Sequence record: OR437326.1
DNA length: 64,000 bases
Source: Escherichia phage iGC_PHA_EC001
Strand: one strand, 5' to 3'
Within the stretch, counting starts at the first letter, position 1; the number at the start of each line of letters is the position of its first letter. The position numbers and the translations under genes were made by a program. Positions 1-9,309 of this stretch are shown piece after piece. The notes beneath the pieces are model-generated. The model had not been told where the DNA came from, made no database searches, and worked only from the letters and a program-made list of their open reading frames with translations.

Positions 1-330
1 ACCTTCGTTATCCAACATTTCAGCACAATGGTTAAAGAACTTAATGGCAAGACTAGCATTTTTTCCAAACGGAGGATTACCGACAAAAGCAGTTACACTA
101 CCAACAGACTCAACAGATTGAGCTAAAAAATCTGCCTCAATACAATCTTCAAACTTAGGGTCAATATCAAAAGAAGTTATGTTTTTAAAACAAGAAGAGA
201 AAGCCCCTTCTCCCGCAGATGGTTCTACGTAGTTAGCTTCCTCTCCAAAAATTTCTTTGATCTTATCACATAAGAACCCCGCATAAGCGGGGTTAGTGTA
301 ATATTGATCAAGTGTGTTCAACTTGCTCAA
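1..330 (-). CDS. N6-adenine DNA methyltransferase, gamma class (M.TaqI-like), N-terminal part; gene continues beyond left window edge
   Basis: Own minus-strand translation (not in ORF track): ..LDQYYTNPAYAGF..VEPSAGEGAF..SFDIDPKF..FVGNPPFGKN; motif I (EPSAGxGxF) followed by NPPF motif IV; putative TTG start 328-330 after RBS aggagg. Confidence 0.6.
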   Translation of the reverse strand, partial: MSKLNTLDQYYTNPAYAGFLCDKIKEIFGEEANYVEPSAGEGAFSSCFKNITSFDIDPKFEDCIEADFLAQSVESVGSVTAFVGNPPFGKNASLAIKFFNHCAEMLDNEG

Positions 331-339
331 TAGTCCTCC

Positions 340-771
340 TTAGTTGTTAGCGAACTCAATAGTGAGGTCAACTTTACCATCGTCAGAAATAACCATGTTT
401 TTGGTATTTTTAAAGATGATATCTACTTTACCTTCACTTACACGACAGAATGCAACACCATCTGCAACTTTATCGATATAATATTTGTAAGAAAGAATAC
501 CCACTTTACTACGACCAGCACCTTTTGTGAAAGAAGGGTTTACATCGAAACGGAAACCTTTAGAAGAAACAACACGGTAAGAACGTCCAGTTGGAAGATG
601 TTCAATAACAGAGACATTATTCTCAACAACTTTTACAGCAAACTCTTCAGGATGATCCTCAACAATCACATGTGGGATGGCAAATGCCAACGCTTGTTTG
701 TGTTTAATAACACCAGCACCCAGAGCACCAGCAGCTTTAACTTTTGCATTCAGATCGATTGTCATACGCAT
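340..771 (-). CDS. hypothetical protein (143 aa)
   Basis: ORF-track ORF, co-oriented in tight array; no motif recognised. Confidence 0.55.
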   Translation of the reverse strand: MRMTIDLNAKVKAAGALGAGVIKHKQALAFAIPHVIVEDHPEEFAVKVVENNVSVIEHLPTGRSYRVVSSKGFRFDVNPSFTKGAGRSKVGILSYKYYIDKVADGVAFCRVSEGKVDIIFKNTKNMVISDDGKVDLTIEFANN

Positions 772-848
772 TTTTACTTCTCCTCTTGTTTGGTTGATGA
801 GACAAGTATAAGTCCCTTCCGTAAAGTTGTCAACAGGTATTTTTAATA

Positions 849-866
849 AAAGGGCCGAAGCCCTTA
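849..866 (-). terminator. terminator hairpin after primase-helicase gene
   Basis: aagggc-cgaa-gccctt followed on minus strand by ttttatt. Confidence 0.55.
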
Positions 867-2642
867 ATAGTTGCTATCCGTAGGCAAATTAGCAGGATTG
901 TTGAAATACTGCTCTTTGTCATGCAGAGTTGCAGTTCTAATGTCATAGTAAAACTGCCCTGCCGGACCAGTTTCCGAGAACTCACGGTTTTTTAGGATAA
1001 AGCAATGAGTCGTATTGCGTTCTACAGGGTCTTCAGCGGCTTTATCTCGTTCCAAAGCTAAGGTAATACCAGCACCTTTAGCCAAGAAACTACTACCCAT
1101 TGCATCGTCCTCTGTTAAGTGTTCATTGCCACCATTAGCCGATTTCTTAACGTGCGAGATGACGATAATAGTTATAGCATACTCTTTCATGATGCGCTTC
1201 AACCATGTTGCTAACTCTTCCTGGGCTTGAACATCCATACCAGAAAGCAAATCAGAATAAGGGTCGATAACAAGAATTGTTACTCCAAAATAGATGATCA
1301 TCTCCAAAACTTTTTCTTTGATAGACTCCACATCTGCTCCACGATCATCACACACATAAAAACGTGGTGATCCATCTTCTCTTTCGTAAAAATCTAGGAT
1401 TTTTTCTTTATTCTCTTCCAAGATTTGAAATTTCTCTTCCGGTGTTTTCCTGTGTAGAGGAATATGCAGGAACGAGGACAACAGGTTACGAGAATATTTC
1501 TTATAAGTTGCTTCCAAGGACAGAATACCTAGGGTATGTTCTGGGTGCGCAACAATAATATGTTTGGTGATCTCGTTCACCATCAAAGTTTTACCGATAC
1601 TGGTCTTTGCCAGGATGACTGTAATCTCTTCCTCTACTAAACCACCACCCAGCATATTTGCAGCAACACGCATAAAAGGAGGCAAGGTAATCATCTTGGA
1701 TTCCAAGCATTCTAATGCAGCTTCATACAAGACATTAGAAGCATAAACACCTGCTGGGGTGTATAGACGAGCACTCCAAAAAGCTTTTACGAAATCTTTT
1801 GCACGACCTTCTTCCAGATACTGATTGGCATCCTTAAGATCCATCTGCATACGGTAGACTTTGTTACGAGGTAGCACCTTAACAATATTTTCAAATGCCT
1901 CATTACCTGCTTTGTCATTATCCATGCAAACAATAATCTTCTTAAATTTTTCAAAGAAAGGATATTGTGCCTGAACTTGTTTATACATACTGGTTTCACC
2001 AGTTGTGCCACTAACTACTGCTGGAAGTTCATATTTGTTGTCCAAGTTTTCAGACAGCATTTGATAAGCTGCCAGAGCATCGTGTTCACCACCTGTAATT
2101 ACCACAGTATGAGAACGGTCTGCAAAACGAATTTGTCCAAAAAGATCTACATCTTTACCTACTTGACCAATAGGTTTACTGAAATCTTTAGGATGAATAC
2201 GACGCTTAAAACCAACCAATTCTTTACCGATGGTAGTTGGATATAAACAACTTTCTACTACCATCTGATCCCCTTCCTGACGGTATTCATAACGCACACC
2301 ATAGAAAGATGAAACTTTTTCTTTAATGCCTCGATAACCACGTGGGTTGGTTGATGTTTCTTGAACAATTTTACGATGAATCTGTTTATTAAATTCCGAA
2401 CCCACAATCTCCTCCTCTTCTTCTAAAACTTCACCATTTTCTCGTAACCATTCTACGCTAGGAATAGTGTATTCACACGCAAAGCACTTAGCACCTTTAT
2501 GCTCTCCATTAGAATCTAATCCATAAACCATCAGGTTATTACGAGAGCGATCCTTGCCATTTTTCATGCAGCGCGGACAACCTGTATGCCCTTCCTTGCT
2601 AAGATCAACATCAAATCCATATTTAGTTATAATGTGCGACAC
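864..2642 (-). CDS. DNA primase-helicase (zinc finger + TOPRIM + DnaB-like helicase; T7 gp4-like architecture)
   Basis: N-terminal CPRC..CFAC zinc-binding motif, TOPRIM signatures VVITGGEHDALAAYQ and IVCMDNDKAG, P-loop ILAKTSIGKT and Walker B ILVIDPYSDL. Confidence 0.85.
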   Translation of the reverse strand: MSHIITKYGFDVDLSKEGHTGCPRCMKNGKDRSRNNLMVYGLDSNGEHKGAKCFACEYTIPSVEWLRENGEVLEEEEEIVGSEFNKQIHRKIVQETSTNPRGYRGIKEKVSSFYGVRYEYRQEGDQMVVESCLYPTTIGKELVGFKRRIHPKDFSKPIGQVGKDVDLFGQIRFADRSHTVVITGGEHDALAAYQMLSENLDNKYELPAVVSGTTGETSMYKQVQAQYPFFEKFKKIIVCMDNDKAGNEAFENIVKVLPRNKVYRMQMDLKDANQYLEEGRAKDFVKAFWSARLYTPAGVYASNVLYEAALECLESKMITLPPFMRVAANMLGGGLVEEEITVILAKTSIGKTLMVNEITKHIIVAHPEHTLGILSLEATYKKYSRNLLSSFLHIPLHRKTPEEKFQILEENKEKILDFYEREDGSPRFYVCDDRGADVESIKEKVLEMIIYFGVTILVIDPYSDLLSGMDVQAQEELATWLKRIMKEYAITIIVISHVKKSANGGNEHLTEDDAMGSSFLAKGAGITLALERDKAAEDPVERNTTHCFILKNREFSETGPAGQFYYDIRTATLHDKEQYFNNPANLPTDSNY

Positions 2643-2654
2643 TTTGTTCTCCTG

Positions 2655-2933
2655 TTAAAATGGTTCGTTAGTCTCCATCATATATTCTGCTTCTAGTTCT
2701 TCCATATGCTTTCTAAATTGGAAAGCAATTTCTGCTACAGTTACATTTAAATCTTTTTCAAAAACTTCTGTAGAGCCTTCATAAAAACGAATACCGTCAA
2801 TTAAAAGCCCTCCGTGGTAATCCCAATCACTTTCACGAGAAAGCGGGTTAGGCTCTTCATAATAGTAATCCACCTCCACAACTAAGGCTTTCCCGTTACG
2901 AGTGGTGTATTCAAAATCAAAAGTGTTAATCAT
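2655..2933 (-). CDS. hypothetical protein (92 aa)
   Basis: ORF in gene array, stop/start abutting neighbours. Confidence 0.5.
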   Translation of the reverse strand: MINTFDFEYTTRNGKALVVEVDYYYEEPNPLSRESDWDYHGGLLIDGIRFYEGSTEVFEKDLNVTVAEIAFQFRKHMEELEAEYMMETNEPF

Positions 2934-3877
2934 TATAGCTCCTCAAATAAAAGTCTACGACGCTCATTCAACACATCAATGTGATAATGAGTCCTGACAT
3001 ACTTAGCTAATGCTAATCCTTTCTCCATGCAAACATCGGGAGCACTTAATAAGTATTCCGTAATATCTTTCCACTCGGAAGGTGTTTCAGCAAAGAATAA
3101 CAAATCTTTAAACTCTTGTGGATGATAATTCTCACGAGGAGAACAGATCAAAGGTAAACCCTTAGCACCTGCCTCAAGAATTTTAAGATTGCTTTTTGCA
3201 TTATTAAACACGTTATCAATCAATGGCGCAAGACTGATTTGATGACCATCGTAAGATTCCATGTAGTTGGCATATGGTCTTACACCTTCATAAACACAAG
3301 TTGGTGCTACATTTTCTCTGATCACAGACCATTCACGACTACTTAAAACTTCAGAATCCCTACGAAAACCACATATTGTAAGATCTTTACCAAAATCGGG
3401 CAAGATAGCCAAATCTTGTTTATGTGTTTCACTTCCAGCCCAGACTAATGGAGTTTTGGAGTAGCGATCACGGGTCAACACAAATTGACCTTCATCGTAA
3501 GGAAGTCCATTAGGGATTATGTGCACATTATCATTGTATTGTGAAAGTTCAACTTGCAAAGCAGGTGTCGTAGTTGTAACAAGATCGCTGTGCTCTAAAA
3601 ACCATTTTAAATGTTCACGAATACCTGATTCAAAAATACCTTCTAGCATGTGTCCTTTTGGAATAACTAAAGAGTCATCCAAATCCATAACCATTTTAAA
3701 ACCTAGGTTTTTAAGGGCTAAAAAGCCCTCTTTACCTTTTGTTGGCACCCCGTTAAAAACGAAAACGTTGTGTTTAGGTTGTGAAGAGAACTGCCTTGAG
3801 TAAGGCAGCACTACCCTATGGAAATCGCAGACACTATAATTGATTCCGTTACGATTGTCAAGAATTATTTGTCCCAT
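2933..3877 (-). CDS. putative GT-B fold glycosyltransferase (paralog 1)
   Basis: Clear paralog of 3885..4871 (shared CDYHR, VWAG, NxKSNLKILEAGAKG(L/I)P); C-terminal KILEAGAKGLPLI resembles GT1/GT4 family motif. Confidence 0.5.
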   Translation of the reverse strand: MGQIILDNRNGINYSVCDFHRVVLPYSRQFSSQPKHNVFVFNGVPTKGKEGFLALKNLGFKMVMDLDDSLVIPKGHMLEGIFESGIREHLKWFLEHSDLVTTTTPALQVELSQYNDNVHIIPNGLPYDEGQFVLTRDRYSKTPLVWAGSETHKQDLAILPDFGKDLTICGFRRDSEVLSSREWSVIRENVAPTCVYEGVRPYANYMESYDGHQISLAPLIDNVFNNAKSNLKILEAGAKGLPLICSPRENYHPQEFKDLLFFAETPSEWKDITEYLLSAPDVCMEKGLALAKYVRTHYHIDVLNERRRLLFEEL

Positions 3878-3884
3878 ACTTCAC

Positions 3885-4871
3885 CTACAAACTTTCAATA
3901 ACCTGGCGTCGCAACTCGTTTGCATCTGCCAGATTATAATGTGTTCGAACATGTTCAGCCAAGAACAAGCCACGATCTTCCCGATAGTTTGGATTGCGAA
4001 GAAGCTTAACAATTTCGTAATGCCATTCTGCTTTATTCTCTGCGTAAGCAACAGCGCGAGCATCTACAGGGTTAAAATAAGGTAATACCTTAGAACAAAC
4101 AATTGGAATACCTTTTGCTCCAGCTTCCAGGATTTTGAGATTACTTTTACAATTATTAAAATCGTTATCTACCAAAGGAGCTATAGCAATAGCATGACTT
4201 TCGTAAACACTCATGTAATTATCTAAATCTTTTACAGCGGCTTTATATTTGGCATTTGGTAAATTTCTGCGAATCTTAATCCACTCTTGTCCCGTGATGC
4301 TTTGTGATGCTTCATATCCCGCAATAGTAAGAAGTTCATCATCGAAAGTATTAGAGACTAATCGTAAATCTGGTTCGTGACTAGCACCGCCAGCCCATAC
4401 AACAGGGGTACCGGATGAACGATCATTTGACAAAGTGAATTGTCCGCTATCAAAAGGAAGTGCATTTCGGATCACAACGACATTTCTATTTAAGTGACGG
4501 ATCTTATATGCCAAATATTCTGTAGTCACAATAACCACATCAGCAAGCTTAACCATAGCTACAATAGCATGAGTGTTTGACTCGTATAGACTTGCTAAAT
4601 AATGCTCTGGATTAAGTTGGTAAAAATCATCTAAATCTACAACAACCTTAACACCTTGACGTTTCAAAGATAAAACGTATTCTGCACCTTTAGAGTGGAT
4701 ACGGTTAAACACAACAATATCTTTCTTAGGTTGAAAATTATTGTTGTTAAATGGCATAACAATACGATGATAGTCACAACCGCTATGAGGTTTTGCATCA
4801 ATTTTTAGTTTAGACCATTTTTTATTTGACATGTGCCAGTGCCTCCTCATAGGAAATTCGGATTTTCCCAT
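3885..4871 (-). CDS. putative GT-B fold glycosyltransferase (paralog 2)
   Basis: Paralog of 2933..3877; start uncertain (Met1 at 4871 or Met14 at 4832, both with upstream RBS-like sequence). Confidence 0.5.
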   Translation of the reverse strand: MGKSEFPMRRHWHMSNKKWSKLKIDAKPHSGCDYHRIVMPFNNNNFQPKKDIVVFNRIHSKGAEYVLSLKRQGVKVVVDLDDFYQLNPEHYLASLYESNTHAIVAMVKLADVVIVTTEYLAYKIRHLNRNVVVIRNALPFDSGQFTLSNDRSSGTPVVWAGGASHEPDLRLVSNTFDDELLTIAGYEASQSITGQEWIKIRRNLPNAKYKAAVKDLDNYMSVYESHAIAIAPLVDNDFNNCKSNLKILEAGAKGIPIVCSKVLPYFNPVDARAVAYAENKAEWHYEIVKLLRNPNYREDRGLFLAEHVRTHYNLADANELRRQVIESL

Positions 4872-5505
4872 TTTTAATATCCTCTAAAGATGCTTTATAT
4901 TCTTCCCAGTTAATCCCGATAGCAGCTTCTTTCTCTTCTTTTGTCAGATTAGCAAAAGGCATAGGGTTGTTTCCAAAAACATCGTCTGGGTGGATATAAG
5001 CCATGATACGAAGTGGACAAGGTGTTGCCTGAATACCATGATTCAAACCAGCAGCTTGCAAACGGTGTCCCCATTCAGCATCTTCAAAACCATAGCCGTG
5101 AGTGTAAGGACGGAAATAACCCATCTTCTCAACAACGGCACGAGAATACATTGCAAATTGACACATTGCAAGTTCCCAGAGAATAACTTCTCCTTTGCTT
5201 CCAACAACTTTATCTTTGAAATACTCCGGCATACCAAAGAAATCCCATCCTCCAGAGACAGCTTGATCTACAAAGTATGTTTCCCATCCCTCCATGACTG
5301 GGTAGCAATCGTCGTCAAAAATAAACCAATAATCATAACCTTCTTCATAAAACTGGTGCATAAGTTCATTCCTGGCATAAGCTACACCTTTACGATCTGG
5401 ATCGTTGAATACTCGAAAATCTGCACGTGGATCTGTTACAAGGTAGTCTTTAAGTGGACGGACACCTACAGTGATAACACCCACTCCAATTTTAATATTT
5501 TCCAT
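4822..5505 (-). CDS. glycosyltransferase family 2-like (GT-A fold)
   Basis: DYWFIFDDDCYP (DxD-type motif) and HGYGFEDAEWGHR motif typical of GT-A galactosyl/glucosyltransferases. Confidence 0.6.
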   Translation of the reverse strand: MENIKIGVGVITVGVRPLKDYLVTDPRADFRVFNDPDRKGVAYARNELMHQFYEEGYDYWFIFDDDCYPVMEGWETYFVDQAVSGGWDFFGMPEYFKDKVVGSKGEVILWELAMCQFAMYSRAVVEKMGYFRPYTHGYGFEDAEWGHRLQAAGLNHGIQATPCPLRIMAYIHPDDVFGNNPMPFANLTKEEKEAAIGINWEEYKASLEDIKNGKIRISYEEALAHVK

Positions 5506-5513
5506 TTTCTCTC

Positions 5514-6077
5514 CTAAATAGTTTTACTGTGATCATGACAGTGTAATAAATGATGTATAGACCGTTGAGGATTTGTTTGACCTAATCTGTAAATGTGAAA
5601 CAGATACATTCCCCGCATCAATCCTAACCTCTTTCCTTTTTCATGTAAAGTGCGAGAGAAAATTAAGTCGAATTGGATAGATTTTTCTTCGAAAGGAATT
5701 TCATTCCACAATGATTTTCTAAAAAGCAAGAAGAAACCTGCCAGAGGTGTTCCGAAAGGAACTTCTTCAACACTCACTTTATGATATTCTCTTGCAATCT
5801 TAGCATATTCTATATGGTTTAGAATATCTGGATCATCATTAATTTGGTTAGAGAAAAGCTGATAACCACTGCCTAACCTGTTACAAGTTGCACCTATTAC
5901 ATCAAAAGGCGGGTTTGACATAACAAGCTCTTCAAGCATAGATGGTTGATCAGGTAGGAGGAACATTGTATCGGTATCTCTTAAACACACCCAACTATCA
6001 TCTGGAAGAACGGCAATGGCTTCATTGATAGCCTTGCCGATATTTCCTGTCAGATAGGGAGTAATATAATAAATCAT
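5514..6077 (-). CDS. putative nucleotide-sugar glycosyltransferase (GT-A-like)
   Basis: N-terminal YYITPY..N.G..NEAI..D.W..LRDTDTMF pattern reminiscent of GT-A Rossmann-like start; weak. Confidence 0.4.
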   Translation of the reverse strand: MIYYITPYLTGNIGKAINEAIAVLPDDSWVCLRDTDTMFLLPDQPSMLEELVMSNPPFDVIGATCNRLGSGYQLFSNQINDDPDILNHIEYAKIAREYHKVSVEEVPFGTPLAGFFLLFRKSLWNEIPFEEKSIQFDLIFSRTLHEKGKRLGLMRGMYLFHIYRLGQTNPQRSIHHLLHCHDHSKTI

Positions 6078-6094
6078 TCTCCCCCTCCGTTATA

Positions 6095-6286
6095 TTAACT
6101 GTCAGCTACAATCCCACGTTTAATCATTTCTTGTTGAATCTGGATCACACGATCTCGTGCTTCCATATATTCTTTAAAAGATTCTTGGAGATGGTCACGG
6201 GCTACGTCCCGTAGTTTAATCAGTTTGTCGTTTGTCACTTCTTGAAGAGAGATCTCGCCAGTTTCATTGGTCCCAAGCGTTTTCAT
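6095..6286 (-). CDS. hypothetical protein (63 aa)
   Basis: Small ORF in array. Confidence 0.4.
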   Translation of the reverse strand: MKTLGTNETGEISLQEVTNDKLIKLRDVARDHLQESFKEYMEARDRVIQIQQEMIKRGIVADS

Positions 6287-6542
6287 TTACAACCTCCTTA
6301 ATAGCTACTGCACAGTTCTTACAAATACATTGACCTTTGTTCTTAGAAATTTCAATGTAAGGTTCATTTTCGTTTTCTCCGCGTCGTGAGTCGTATATTA
6401 CTGTATTGAAGCAGACAACGCAAATGTTTTTAATAACGACATATTTTTGCACTTTCTGTTTAGTGCGAAAATTGACTTCAATGACTTCTCCCATCAATGA
6501 ATCTCCCCTAAAATGTTGTTTTGAGACATTACTGCGGAGCAT
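6264..6542 (-). CDS. hypothetical Cys-rich protein (92 aa)
   Basis: CVVC..CICKNC spacing suggests zinc ribbon. Confidence 0.45.
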   Translation of the reverse strand: MLRSNVSKQHFRGDSLMGEVIEVNFRTKQKVQKYVVIKNICVVCFNTVIYDSRRGENENEPYIEISKNKGQCICKNCAVAIKEVVNENAWDQ

Positions 6543-6778
6543 TCTACAGCATCATGAGTCCTTGCAAAACGCTCCCACAACACAGCATCTACTTTAAGAA
6601 CCATACAAGGATAAATACTGTCGTTGATCATATCAATGCTATATTTATCTACATCCTTTTCATCTTCCATAAACAAAGTAGCGTATGCTTCTAAATGCTT
6701 ACGGGTGTAGTATACATCCTCTTCAGTAAGACCGACAACCAGGTAACTTGCTACAACAACAGTATTATCTTCTTGCAT
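6494..6778 (-). CDS. hypothetical protein (94 aa from refined start)
   Basis: ORF-track ORF 6494..6841 trimmed to Met22 (MQEDNTVV) which has RBS aaggggag and abuts the upstream stop. Confidence 0.45.
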   Translation of the reverse strand: MQEDNTVVVASYLVVGLTEEDVYYTRKHLEAYATLFMEDEKDVDKYSIDMINDSIYPCMVLKVDAVLWERFARTHDAVECSAVMSQNNILGEIH

Positions 6779-6779
6779 T

Positions 6780-7301
6780 TTAACTCCCCTTTGGTAGATA
6801 GAAACCATGCACTTTATCTCGATAAACAAGACGCATATCACGTTCCCAGTGTGTCCTTATATTCCGTTTCTTGAAGTATAGAGCACCTTTAGTAACATCT
6901 AAAACAGACCGCAATTCAGGAAAATGTTTCTCTAAATAAAGTAAACGCTCCGCTATTGCTTTTGCTTCCTGCCACTTATCTTTCTCTGTTACGTTAAAAG
7001 TTTTCGCATATGAGAATTGTCCTTTCTGGAACAAGACTCCTCTGACTGTGTTAGGGAAGTAGGTATCATTTCTTCTGTTGATTACCACATTCCCAACGGC
7101 ATTCATTCCTTTTTTACCCAGACCGCGACCTTCTGCGTAAATTGCACAAGCTAATAGAATTTTATCATTATATTGCTTTGTACATTTGTGAACTACTTTA
7201 GCGGTTTTTACGTTTGCAGCTTCGGCTTTCGCCACAACAGGTGTAAATGTAAAAGCAGTTAAGGATAGTAACGCAACTGTTACAAAGTTTTTTATCAGCA
7301 A
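6780..7301 (-). CDS. SleB/CwlJ-like cell wall hydrolase with signal peptide
   Basis: N-terminal hydrophobic leader ending AKA; LLACAIYAEGRG and GNVVINRRN match the Hydrolase_2 (SleB) family pattern; TTG start after RBS aaggagg. Confidence 0.7.
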   Translation of the reverse strand: MLIKNFVTVALLSLTAFTFTPVVAKAEAANVKTAKVVHKCTKQYNDKILLACAIYAEGRGLGKKGMNAVGNVVINRRNDTYFPNTVRGVLFQKGQFSYAKTFNVTEKDKWQEAKAIAERLLYLEKHFPELRSVLDVTKGALYFKKRNIRTHWERDMRLVYRDKVHGFYLPKGS

Positions 7302-7324
7302 ATTTTGCCTCCTTTTTAAGTTAA

Positions 7325-7362
7325 CGAATTTCTAGTATAACACGATAGAGGCTTTATTGCAA
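7325..7362 (-). promoter_or_regulatory. sigma70-like promoter for the SleB-like gene
   Basis: Minus strand ttgcaa-N17-tatact upstream of RBS aaggagg. Confidence 0.45.
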
Positions 7363-7382
7363 GAGGGGGATTTCTCCCCCTC
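7363..7382 (-). terminator. hairpin terminator after the TerD gene
   Basis: gaggggga-tttc-tccccctc hairpin just downstream of the TerD stop. Confidence 0.5.
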
Positions 7383-7400
7383 AAAATCATTTGTTAATTA

Positions 7401-8003
7401 TTATGGACATTCATACCATTCTTTTTTACCACCGAAGGCCATCACCACATCACAAATATCCAGACCAGCTTTACCTACACCATATGCTTTCAGCTTCCAT
7501 TCCCCATCTTCACGAACCAAGGAAGCCACGTGGCAGATTGTGTTGCCAGCTACTTCAGGAGCCAGGAAGTCAAAATCCAGAATTTCCACATTGCGCTCGG
7601 AGTCGAAGATTTTAAGCATACCTTCAGAAGCATGACCAAAACGTTTCAGACCTGTATCATCATCAATGGTCAGAACAAAGGCAATCTCTTGTGCATCAGG
7701 AGAGATTTTAGCCAGAGTAATATCAATCTGCTCCATGCTGCCAGTTCCATCACGAACATCGTCACCAGCGAAGGTAGAACGTTCAGGATCAAACTTGTTA
7801 GCATAGCAAACCAGATGACGTGCAGACAGCATTTCAGGATTACCAGCGGCATTGTGACGACAAACCAGTGCACTTACATCCAGATCCAGTTTAGAATCAG
7901 ATTTCCAAGAGAATTCCAGGCGCAGTTCTTTCAGAGCCGGAGCAACTTTCTTCAGGGAAATTTTTTCGCTAGAGCCTTTTTTCAGGGAAATTTTATCAGT
8001 CAT
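7401..8003 (-). CDS. TerD-domain protein (tellurite-resistance TerD family)
   Basis: Aligns along its length with E. coli TerD as recalled: DLDVSAL, FAGDDVRDGTGSMEQIDI (Ca-binding GDN..GDGDDE region), FVLTIDD, EDGEWKLKAYGVGK. Confidence 0.9.
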   Translation of the reverse strand: MTDKISLKKGSSEKISLKKVAPALKELRLEFSWKSDSKLDLDVSALVCRHNAAGNPEMLSARHLVCYANKFDPERSTFAGDDVRDGTGSMEQIDITLAKISPDAQEIAFVLTIDDDTGLKRFGHASEGMLKIFDSERNVEILDFDFLAPEVAGNTICHVASLVREDGEWKLKAYGVGKAGLDICDVVMAFGGKKEWYECP

Positions 8004-8018
8004 CTTTTGTCTCCTCTA

Positions 8019-8288
8019 TTATTTAAGTGTAATACCAGTTACAGTCAATTCTACTTCCAAAAGCTTAGATGTGTTTTGGATTGATACTAATTGTGCATGA
8101 TGGTTTAGTTCTACAGCAGAATAATCATTTTCCCCATCATCTACTTTTAAATAAACAATGATTTCACTAAGGTCTAAACCATTTTCGTCAAATGCATTTT
8201 CATAGACGAAAGTATCTCCTACATCCAAATCTTTAATGGTAAGGCATCGTTTATTTACTTTTTGCTCATCAATTTCGAAGTTTAACAC
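8019..8288 (-). CDS. hypothetical protein, small paralog family (copy preceding TerD)
   Basis: Paralog of 9310..9588 (shared DLDVG.TF.Y, GLD, V.L.VT.ITLK). Confidence 0.55.
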   Translation of the reverse strand: MLNFEIDEQKVNKRCLTIKDLDVGDTFVYENAFDENGLDLSEIIVYLKVDDGENDYSAVELNHHAQLVSIQNTSKLLEVELTVTGITLK

Positions 8289-8517
8289 TTCTTCCTCCTA
8301 ATGTTATCTCCGGTTTGTATATACGAAGAATTATAGCATTTTCATTTTCTTTGTCAACCCATTCTTCATAATCGGGCCATACATGAATCTCTACTCTACT
8401 TACAATATCTTCCATTCGCACAGTCCCAATGAAATACTCTTTGAGACTGCGCATAATGAAAGCTTCTCTCTCGCGCCAATAATTTTCTATGACTTGAGAG
8501 GCAAGCTCGTCGATCAT
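8269..8517 (-). CDS. hypothetical protein (82 aa)
   Basis: ORF in operon between vWA and TerD genes. Confidence 0.45.
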   Translation of the reverse strand: MIDELASQVIENYWREREAFIMRSLKEYFIGTVRMEDIVSRVEIHVWPDYEEWVDKENENAIILRIYKPEITLGGRSVKLRN

Positions 8518-9308
8518 TTTTTAGCACCCACTTTAACAACCCACTCTCCGAACTCTTCAGATAAGAGTTTGTCATAAAGCTCTGAATCTGTCAAGTCTAA
8601 ATCTTTAATGCCAATAAAACCAACATTATCATAAGCATTTGCCAGTTCTTTCAGGAAGCCAAACTTCTCATTACCAACGCCAACCATGAACCAATAAATA
8701 GGTTTATTCTTATTCTCTTCGATAAGACGACGAACAGCACTAGGATCACCATTCTCACCATCCGTCTGGAAGAATACAACACTAGGGGTAACGTCAGCAC
8801 CTGGTTCAGATACAGCTACAACTTTTTCACGCTCTACAGACACTGTTTCAGTTTTACCAAGCAGACGATTAAAGAAGCCTTTCTTTGGAGCCTCCTCTTG
8901 TACCACTTGTTTAGTGGTAATATATTTAGTAACAGTGCCAAAATACTCATCGTAGATATCCGCCATTACAGGGGCGTAATTTGTTCCACCTCCGATACGA
9001 ACATTACGCATACATTTACCAACATAGTCATCGTAAACATCTGCTGTTGCTGGAGTAAGCTCTTGGGAACTCGTATTGAAGGCCCACATATCAATTTGTT
9101 GATTATCGTCGAACAGCATACCAAAAGGAAGCAGTTTACCTACAAAATCACTCACTACCCCACTAGAATATAGACCATGCATACTACCAGAAATATCTAG
9201 AGCACATGCTACACGAAGAACAATCTTACCTTCATTCAGGTTCTTATTCTTTTTCAGAGAGAAAGCAAGGTTTTCTTGACGTTTTTTCAGGCTGATTTTC
9301 TCGGACAT
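8514..9308 (-). CDS. von Willebrand factor A (vWA) domain protein with TerD-like N-terminus (TerY/TerF-like)
   Basis: MIDAS motif DISGSM; N-terminal KISLKK..FSLKK repeats like the TerD N-terminus. Confidence 0.7.
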   Translation of the reverse strand: MSEKISLKKRQENLAFSLKKNKNLNEGKIVLRVACALDISGSMHGLYSSGVVSDFVGKLLPFGMLFDDNQQIDMWAFNTSSQELTPATADVYDDYVGKCMRNVRIGGGTNYAPVMADIYDEYFGTVTKYITTKQVVQEEAPKKGFFNRLLGKTETVSVEREKVVAVSEPGADVTPSVVFFQTDGENGDPSAVRRLIEENKNKPIYWFMVGVGNEKFGFLKELANAYDNVGFIGIKDLDLTDSELYDKLLSEEFGEWVVKVGAKK

Positions 9309-9309
9309 A

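Noticed and set aside
598-846. Plus-strand ORFs overlapping the leftward gene block (598-846, 1015-1230, 1364-1558, 1564-1746, 1965-2246, 3519-3803, 4990-5517, 7530-8084, 10620-10952, 12572-12883, 15909-16349, 20499-21158 and similar)
   Set aside because: They lie antisense to long ORFs with recognisable domains or good RBS context, have low-complexity translations and no RBS; treated as shadow ORFs.
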